Below, one piece after another: positions 57,874-64,000 of a DNA stretch of 64,000 nt (the stretch's first letter is position 1; every line of letters begins with the position of its first letter). Source of the stretch: Patescibacteria group bacterium (lineage in GTDB: Bacteria > Patescibacteriota > Patescibacteriia > 2-01-FULL-39-33); NCBI GenBank assembly GCA_041650895.1, contig JBAZKF010000001.1:145685-209684 (forward strand). Direction: 5' to 3'. A model generated the notes under the pieces. That model did not search any database. It had not been told where the DNA came from and saw nothing but the letters and a program-made list of their open reading frames with translations. Made by a program: the position numbers and the translations under genes.

Positions 57874-59346
57874 TTAATCGCGTTTAGTATTGATGTCCGG
57901 AGATTTAGGCAAGAAAAAAGAGACTAAAGCCATAAAACCATCAAACAAAATTTTTATATCGTCTAATGATCTAATGCTAAAAATCTTCTTAAGGATGAAT
58001 TTCGGACGAAAATAAAAACTGCGATACATGATTTTATATAAATTCTTTATTTCTTCCGCTGAAAGATTCTCCAATCTCATAACCGGCTTAGCCAAATTAA
58101 AATCATCCCAATTTTCGCTCAACAACAAATCACGTTCCTTGGCCCAATTAAACATGGCCGTGCCGGGAAACGGCGTAGTAATATTGACGATCAGCAAATC
58201 GGGATTTATTTTCTTAACAAAACGGATGTTCTTTTCAATCACTTGGCGACTGTCGCCGGGATTGCCGACCATGAAAGCCAGACGGCATTCTATCCCCGCC
58301 TGCTTAGTCCATTTGACGGCATTGATCACTTGCGGCAAATTGATTTTTTTATTGATATTCTTCAATACGGCCTCATCAACATTTTCCACCCCATACATGA
58401 TCTGATGACAACCGGCGTCTGACATTTTCCGCAACATGGCCTCGTCAACATAATCAACTCGGGCAAAACACGTCCAAGACAAATCCATTTTATTTTTTAT
58501 CAGCAGATCGCACAAGTCAATGACGTTCTGACGAAAAACAGTAAAAGTATCATCATAAAACATGATCTGCCTGATACCGTAATTATCGGCCAAGTATTTT
58601 ATCTCGGCAAAAATCCCGGTGGCCGACTTAAAGATCATCTGATCACCCAAGGTTTTATTGCAGAAAGTGCAACGCCCCGGACAACCTCGGCTAGTCATTA
58701 AACTCATGGCCGGCAACTTCTTATACGAGCCCTTAGCCGGCCGATATTTATCAATCGGCAATAAATCATAAGCCGGCAAAGGCAGATCATCCAAATTGGC
58801 AATCCGCCGACGCGGCGCGTTACGGATTATTTGTTTTTCGCCATTCAATTCTTTCTTATAAACCACGCCGTCAATCTCTTCAATCTTCTTGCCGGATAAT
58901 ATTTCTCCCAAAGTAATCTCCCCTTCGCCGATAACCACCGCATCAACAAATGGTTGATTAATAACCTCATCAGTAACAAAGGTTGCATGAACGCCACCGA
59001 AAATAATCAAAGCATTAGGATAATATAATCGGCAAATTTCCGCCGCCTGATAAGCCTTTTTAATTTGTCCGGTGGTGGCAGTAAAGCCGATCACTCTAAT
59101 ATCCCTGTGATGATCAACAAAATTTTCCTTTAGATAATCGCCGAAGGCCTGGACCGAGGGGCAGGAAACTTCACAATCAATTATCTCTACACTTTGATCC
59201 TGTTGACGGACATAGCCGGCAATGGAAGCCAGCCCCAAAGGAGGGAAATTTGAGTTAATCTCACGCCAAATATTATTCTCATCGCCATAATAATCAGGCG
59301 GAGCGATCAACAAACAATCCAAATTTTTTTGATTATCTTGCGACAT
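57874..59346 (-). CDS. B12-binding-domain radical SAM protein, paralog 9
   Basis: LGLASIAGYV, GGVHAT, TSRGCPGRCTFCNKT. Confidence 0.85.
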   Translation of the reverse strand: MSQDNQKNLDCLLIAPPDYYGDENNIWREINSNFPPLGLASIAGYVRQQDQSVEIIDCEVSCPSVQAFGDYLKENFVDHHRDIRVIGFTATTGQIKKAYQAAEICRLYYPNALIIFGGVHATFVTDEVINQPFVDAVVIGEGEITLGEILSGKKIEEIDGVVYKKELNGEKQIIRNAPRRRIANLDDLPLPAYDLLPIDKYRPAKGSYKKLPAMSLMTSRGCPGRCTFCNKTLGDQMIFKSATGIFAEIKYLADNYGIRQIMFYDDTFTVFRQNVIDLCDLLIKNKMDLSWTCFARVDYVDEAMLRKMSDAGCHQIMYGVENVDEAVLKNINKKINLPQVINAVKWTKQAGIECRLAFMVGNPGDSRQVIEKNIRFVKKINPDLLIVNITTPFPGTAMFNWAKERDLLLSENWDDFNLAKPVMRLENLSAEEIKNLYKIMYRSFYFRPKFILKKIFSIRSLDDIKILFDGFMALVSFFLPKSPDINTKRD

Positions 59347-59351
59347 AGCTT

Positions 59352-61559
59352 TTAAAGGAATCGACTAAAAAACGCTCTGAATCCGTCACTGGTCAACAAC
59401 CATAAATAGTCAACCAAAACAATAACGATAACGACCGCAACCCGACTCGGCCAGCGGTAAAAATATTTTCTTAACCCGTTAACGGCCAACAAGGTTAATA
59501 GCAAAGCCAGGACAAAATACAAACGAGATGACACACCGGTCCAAAGCAAAAACATAAACGACGGCAGAATCAGGCACTTAACCAGGAACCTCTGATCGGC
59601 GGTAAACTCCCGCCATTTAATCAATCCTAACGGCACCAAAAGCCAAGCAGCCAGATAAACGCCGACGATACTCTTAACAACAAAAAACGGCTGATATTCG
59701 GAACCGCTGGGAGCGCTAATGCCCAGTTTATACCAATCCAAATATGAATAATGATAAATGAAATAAACCACGATTTGCCAAGCGATTAAGGGCAAGCCGA
59801 CCGCTAAGGTTGATAAAAATAATTTTTTGAGTTTTTCGGCTCGAGGCAGTTGCGGATGGAAACATATCACCAGATACAGGAAAGCCATACCCAAACTGCT
59901 ATATTCTTTCCATAACATGCCAACAACAACCATCAACGAAGTTAAAAATAAATTAAAGTTGTTAGGCCGTTTATAAAATCTAATGACGCCGATAGCGGCC
60001 AAAACCCAGAATAATTGGGCGCCCGACTCGGTAAACAAATCCAAGCCATACTTAAGTAACGGATAGGAAGAAATATAAATCAACGCTCCCAGAAGCGCCA
60101 TTCCTCTATTTTTAAAAAACAAATAAAATAAAACGTAAACGGCTAAAGCCAAAAAAACATAAAATATAATCGCCTCTATCTCAAAAGCTAACGATAGATT
60201 GCCACCGGTTAAAAACGACAGTCCGGCAATACCCATAGGCCCCAACGGTTTTAAAATTCTGGAAGGAAAACTCTCCGCCATTTGTCCCATAAACAGCTTA
60301 GCCGTTTCCATATACTGATAAGCATCGCCGTTAATGCTAAAACCGACAAAATTGAGCCGAATAAACACGTTCAACGCTACCGCGGTTAAGATTAAAAGAA
60401 TCGGCCAAAAATGATTATTGGTCGACTTGGTCGGCCGGCACTTTTTGTCTATGGCTGTTTGCCAGCTTTTCAGATAAAGCGCCAAATTTTCCTCTCGGCC
60501 GGGCAAAATGTTAATCGCCGATTCGGCCGACTGGCTGAGTTGCCGGCGCAAGCCAATATTCTGAATAATCTTTTTCATGGCGTCAGCTAATTTTTCTTCG
60601 TCGCCAACGGGCGTGATTAATGCGCTGACTCCGTCTTTCAACACCTCACCGGCGCAACCGACATCAGTCATCACTACCGCCAAACCGCAACTGGCGGCTT
60701 CTATTATCACCATCCCCCAACCCTCATAATCAGAACTCAAAACATAACTATCGGCTGAGTTGTAATAATCATAAATATTGTCAGTCCAACCGATCAAAAA
60801 GATTTTATCCTCCAAGCCGGATTCTTTTATTTGTTGGGCGAGTTTGTCTTTTTCCGGACCGCGACCGACTATAAGCAAAACCGCCTCCGGCAATTGCCGG
60901 GCAACCGTGGCGAAAGCTCTGATCAGCAACGGCAGATTTTTCTGTTTTACCAATCGAGCCATAGTCAAAAAAACAGTTTTGCCGACTAAGCGGCCGAAAA
61001 TCTCCGGCTTAGTTTCGCTGAATTGCTTCTCGGGCTTAACATAGACAGGAACAACAACAATTTTATCTTCGGCTATATGCAAATCATTAACCAAAGTATC
61101 CTTTATCCGCTCACTGACTGCGCGCACGCTGTCGGCTCGCTTAATCAGCCAGCGCCCCAGATAATAACGGCAAAAGTTAATAGGATTTTCATTGCGCCAA
61201 TAAGTCGCGCTAAAAAAATCGCCATGTTCCTGAATATTCAAAGCGCTCTTGAATTTCCTAGCCAGCAATAATCCCATCAGCGACAATTCAAAAGGATCTT
61301 GAACCGTTATGACATCATAATTATTCTGGCGGAACAGTTTTTTCGCTAACCGATACATATTGAATAGTGCCGCTAATCGGTTGCCGCCACCCGTGCCGTA
61401 AGCCGTTACTTTTTCTGATAATTTAATTTCTTGCGCTGGCGTAGCGGGCACGATAATATCATAAGCGTCCGTCATAACGCCATACTCAATCAAACGCCGA
61501 GTTACGGGTGATGAGGAAACGAATACGCCTTTATCGGTGCCTAAGTTTAATACTTTCAT
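59352..61559 (-). CDS. Fusion: N-terminal GT4 (GT-B) glycosyltransferase plus a C-terminal ~350-aa polytopic membrane domain
   Basis: 735 aa. Residues 1-380 form a GT-B fold with EAASCGLAVVMTDVGCAGEVLKDG. Residues ~385-735 contain about 10 predicted TM helices (NHFWPILLILTAVALNVF...). Confidence 0.7.
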   Translation of the reverse strand: MKVLNLGTDKGVFVSSSPVTRRLIEYGVMTDAYDIIVPATPAQEIKLSEKVTAYGTGGGNRLAALFNMYRLAKKLFRQNNYDVITVQDPFELSLMGLLLARKFKSALNIQEHGDFFSATYWRNENPINFCRYYLGRWLIKRADSVRAVSERIKDTLVNDLHIAEDKIVVVPVYVKPEKQFSETKPEIFGRLVGKTVFLTMARLVKQKNLPLLIRAFATVARQLPEAVLLIVGRGPEKDKLAQQIKESGLEDKIFLIGWTDNIYDYYNSADSYVLSSDYEGWGMVIIEAASCGLAVVMTDVGCAGEVLKDGVSALITPVGDEEKLADAMKKIIQNIGLRRQLSQSAESAINILPGREENLALYLKSWQTAIDKKCRPTKSTNNHFWPILLILTAVALNVFIRLNFVGFSINGDAYQYMETAKLFMGQMAESFPSRILKPLGPMGIAGLSFLTGGNLSLAFEIEAIIFYVFLALAVYVLFYLFFKNRGMALLGALIYISSYPLLKYGLDLFTESGAQLFWVLAAIGVIRFYKRPNNFNLFLTSLMVVVGMLWKEYSSLGMAFLYLVICFHPQLPRAEKLKKLFLSTLAVGLPLIAWQIVVYFIYHYSYLDWYKLGISAPSGSEYQPFFVVKSIVGVYLAAWLLVPLGLIKWREFTADQRFLVKCLILPSFMFLLWTGVSSRLYFVLALLLTLLAVNGLRKYFYRWPSRVAVVIVIVLVDYLWLLTSDGFRAFFSRFL

Positions 61560-61567
61560 CTCAATAA

Positions 61568-63013
61568 TTATTTAGTAATAAATTTCTTGGCCAATTTAAA
61601 TTCCACCGGCCAGAAAAAAAATTTCAATTTCCAACGCAGTTTACATAAACAAATAAAACAGAATTTGAGTAATTTATTGGAAGAGACAGTTGAATTCATC
61701 GCGCTCTTGAATGACAAGGCGCCGAATCTGACATAGGCCTCCATTGATTCCACAAAGTCCTTGTCCTTAACCCAAGGAAAATTCTCTACTGACATGTAGC
61801 TCAACTCGTTCTCTGAAACCTTTTTCCATTCCTCAAGCGACTGCGGTTCCCGCCAGCCGGCCTTGACGCATTCCTCATATAACTCTGATCCGGGGTAGGG
61901 GCGAAACGCTTGAGGGCCCAAAATCTGGACCTCGTCGCTTAAGGCGATTAAGCGATCAATCAACCTCAGGGTTTCCTGCATATCACTCCGCGACTCGCCA
62001 GGCAAACCAATCATGAATGAATACTGAGGTATGATGCCATGCTTGAGGCAGGCCTTAGCGGAAGCGACTATGTCATCGGCGGTAACGTCTTTTTTGATCA
62101 TTTTTAAGATACGGCTACTGCCGGATTCGGCGCCGAAAGACAACAAATAACAGCCGGACTGCTTTAACTTGGCTAAAAGTTCATCATCCACCATCCCCGG
62201 CTTAAGGTAATCGGCGCGAATAGTGGTTTCCCAAGGCAAAACCAGATCTTCCCTAATCATGCCGTCAATGATCGCCTTAGCGCGGCTGATATCCACAAAA
62301 AAGTTCTCGTCCCAAAAACGCAATTTCTTGCCCTGGAAATACTCCTTGGCCTTAATTATCCGTAAATCCTCAAGCACCTGCTCGGTCGTCCGAGCGCGCC
62401 AATGATTTTTCAAAATCGCATTAATGCAAAAAGTACAACGATGCGGACAACCGCGCGAAGTTAGAGAAGGAATCAAATATAGATGCTCTCTGATTTCCTG
62501 AGGCACTAAATCCCAATTAAATAACGGCATGGCTTGGGGTTGATGCAGGGGTTGCGGCTGATTGACAATAACTCTCCCGTCAGCGCAATAAGCGAGGCCT
62601 TTGATTTCTGCCAGGGATCGGCCTCGCGCCAACTGCAACATGGTTTCTTCGCCTTCGCCGATAACTACTATATCAATCAGCGGATTTTTGGCTGTCTGCT
62701 CAATAAAAAAAGTCGGATGCGATCCGCCCCAAACAATTTGGGCGGCGGGATTGATTCTTCTGGCCAACTCGGAGATTTTCAAGGCATTGGAGATCTGCAT
62801 GGTCATAACTGAAACACCGATCAAATCAAAATCCTTAATCGCTTGCTCCAATAAGCTCAAATAATCCTTCTGCCTGACGCCGTCTATCATCTTGACCTCC
62901 ACTCCTTGACTATCTAAGTAGGTGGCAATACTCAACAAACCGACAGAAATAGAGCTGTCGTAATTATCTTTAACTATATTAAATTCGGGATTGATCAGTA
63001 AAACTTTTTTCAT
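61568..63013 (-). CDS. B12-binding-domain radical SAM protein, paralog 10
   Basis: MKKVLLINPEFN..., GGSHPT, TSRGCPHRCTFCINAI. Confidence 0.85.
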   Translation of the reverse strand: MKKVLLINPEFNIVKDNYDSSISVGLLSIATYLDSQGVEVKMIDGVRQKDYLSLLEQAIKDFDLIGVSVMTMQISNALKISELARRINPAAQIVWGGSHPTFFIEQTAKNPLIDIVVIGEGEETMLQLARGRSLAEIKGLAYCADGRVIVNQPQPLHQPQAMPLFNWDLVPQEIREHLYLIPSLTSRGCPHRCTFCINAILKNHWRARTTEQVLEDLRIIKAKEYFQGKKLRFWDENFFVDISRAKAIIDGMIREDLVLPWETTIRADYLKPGMVDDELLAKLKQSGCYLLSFGAESGSSRILKMIKKDVTADDIVASAKACLKHGIIPQYSFMIGLPGESRSDMQETLRLIDRLIALSDEVQILGPQAFRPYPGSELYEECVKAGWREPQSLEEWKKVSENELSYMSVENFPWVKDKDFVESMEAYVRFGALSFKSAMNSTVSSNKLLKFCFICLCKLRWKLKFFFWPVEFKLAKKFITK

Positions 63014-64000
63014 TGCATTTTTTTCAATAAATCAACGGTTTGATCCACTGTCTGCCGCCAAGAAAAATCTTTCAGCTTGACTGTTGCCGCTTCGGTCAGC
63101 TTTTGAGCCAAAGGACGGTCAGTCAATAGTCGGAAAATCGCTTCAATTAATTGTTTTTGATTATTGTAGTTTACCAGCAAGCCGTTCTGGCCGTCTGTAA
63201 TAACCTCGGGATTGCCGCCGACGTCAGTGGCGATTACCGGCGCCCCGGCTTTTATGGCTTCCAATAATGTATGGGACAGGCCTTCATAATTGGTGTTTAA
63301 AACAAAAACATCGGCGTGACTGAAATATTCCAAAACTTTTTCATGCGGTACGCGATCAAGAAACTTTATTTGCTCGGCCAGTTTCAAAGACTGAGCCAGG
63401 TTCTGCAGATTCTCTAACTCCGGACCATCGCCCAAAACGATCAAATAGGCCCGACCCAAACGCTTGATGATTTCCGGCATCGCCCGGATTAATTGATCCA
63501 CGCCCTTCCATTTGGTTAACCGGCAAGCCGTCATAATTATGGAACCGTCGTTAGGCAGATTAATGGGGGCTGATTTATTAACGCTAACCTCATCGCCAAA
63601 ATCAATCGCATTATATATGACATTTATTTTGGCTAAGTCAACGCCGATCAGCTTGGCCAAATCGCCCATAAAATTGCTGACGGCAATAATCGCATCGGCT
63701 TCCAATAATATCCGGCGGCGACGCGCTTTCATTCTTTCAATTTGTTGATTATAAATATTCTTTTCAAAGTCGGTGATGTAATCGGTTGTCCAGCCGTTAG
63801 CGGTGGCTGTTTCCCAGGCGGCATCGCCGGCAAACCTGACTAAATATTTTTTCTTGGTTATTTTTTTTATCAAATTGGCAAACCAGCCGACACTGTAGAT
63901 ATCGGTTACATAAATCAGGTCGGCGTTAAAAGACAGGAAAAGCATAGCCAAAAAATAATGCAACCGACTGAAAACTTTATTTTTTGCCACTCGATAAACG
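63010..64000 (-). CDS. GT4-family glycosyltransferase, probably partial. The N-terminus likely extends beyond the window end.
   Basis: The C-terminal half ...FVLNTNYEGLSHTLLEAIKAGAPVIATDVGGNPEVITDGQNGLLV is GT4. The reading frame is open to position 64000. The Met at 63990 gives only 326 aa and lacks the usual GT4 N-terminus. Confidence 0.7.
   Translation of the reverse strand, partial: VYRVAKNKVFSRLHYFLAMLFLSFNADLIYVTDIYSVGWFANLIKKITKKKYLVRFAGDAAWETATANGWTTDYITDFEKNIYNQQIERMKARRRRILLEADAIIAVSNFMGDLAKLIGVDLAKINVIYNAIDFGDEVSVNKSAPINLPNDGSIIMTACRLTKWKGVDQLIRAMPEIIKRLGRAYLIVLGDGPELENLQNLAQSLKLAEQIKFLDRVPHEKVLEYFSHADVFVLNTNYEGLSHTLLEAIKAGAPVIATDVGGNPEVITDGQNGLLVNYNNQKQLIEAIFRLLTDRPLAQKLTEAATVKLKDFSWRQTVDQTVDLLKKMQ

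Noticed and set aside
27833-63013. Possibility that the radical SAM cluster is a RiPP (peptide natural product) locus such as a polytheonamide-like system
   Set aside because: There is no plausible short precursor-peptide ORF, leader peptidase, cyclodehydratase or ABC exporter. The neighbours are overwhelmingly glycosyltransferases, a priming sugar phosphotransferase, flippases and sugar-modifying enzymes. A glycan target is far more consistent with what is seen.
27833-63013. Repeated B12-rSAM genes as a DNA-level repeat array or CRISPR-like structure
   Set aside because: The similarity is at protein-family level (shared motifs GGPHPT, SRGCPYxCxFC). There are no short regularly spaced direct DNA repeats with unique spacers, and no cas genes.
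1-64000. Mobile elements, integrases, transposases or phage genes flanking the glycan supercluster
   Set aside because: No ORF shows transposase or integrase motifs (DDE, tyrosine recombinase R-H-R-Y). No inverted terminal repeats or tRNA-adjacent integration scars were seen. The tRNA pair at 18.2 kb is followed by ordinary genes.

Overview
This window looks like a 64-kb stretch of a compact bacterial genome. Coding density is high and intergenic gaps are short. The presence of murA, metG, rsmI, tatD and two tRNAs shows it is chromosomal. Composition and gene content would fit a small-genome uncultivated lineage such as a CPR/Patescibacteria-like organism, but that is inference only.

The first ~19 kb is housekeeping. 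It carries a partial DEAH-box helicase, MurA, a dCMP deaminase, a HIT protein, TatD, CvpA, MetRS and RsmI. It also carries a small redox and metal set: a LutA/LutB-like Fe-S pair, a thioredoxin-CcdA fusion, a membrane-anchored tandem thioredoxin-fold protein and a ZIP transporter. tRNA-Val(CAC) and tRNA-Ala(CGC) follow.

From ~19.2 kb to the end of the window (>44 kb, and continuing past it) the sequence is one very large glycan-biosynthesis and glycan-modification supercluster.

The first module makes polyprenyl-phosphate sugars. It contains two GT2 genes, a DUF2304-like gene, an NAD-dependent sugar-nucleotide epimerase/dehydratase and a GtrA-like gene.

Next comes a plus-strand operon. It starts with a WbaP/CpsE-type priming sugar phosphotransferase, then a membrane GT2, a methyltransferase, a CE4/DUF3473-like deacetylase, a FemAB-like acyltransferase and a B12-binding radical SAM enzyme.

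The remainder is an uninterrupted ~35-kb minus-strand array of 26 genes, many joined by ATGA-type start/stop overlaps. It holds nine more B12-binding (class B) radical SAM paralogs, giving ten in the window. One of them is fused to a class I SAM methyltransferase. There are also two non-B12 radical SAM proteins with C-terminal Cys pairs, and one of these is fused to an ArnT/PMT-like GT-C membrane domain. The array further contains seven GT4 genes (one fused to a polytopic membrane domain), three GT2 genes, a GT9, three class I methyltransferases, a second CE4 deacetylase, a Wzx-like flippase, a flippase-like LPG-synthase TM-domain protein and large GT-C-like membrane proteins.

The density of class B radical SAM enzymes inside a glycosyltransferase-dominated locus is the most unusual feature. 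It points to an uncharacterised pathway that builds a heavily C-methylated or otherwise radical-tailored glycan or glycoconjugate.

I found no CRISPR array and no mobile elements.

Other signals are noted below. They include a duplicated ~42-nt promoter module upstream of the helicase and of a hypothetical gene, a combined terminator and promoter with a tandem 10-mer, and a stand-alone receiver-like domain with Glu at the phospho-acceptor position.
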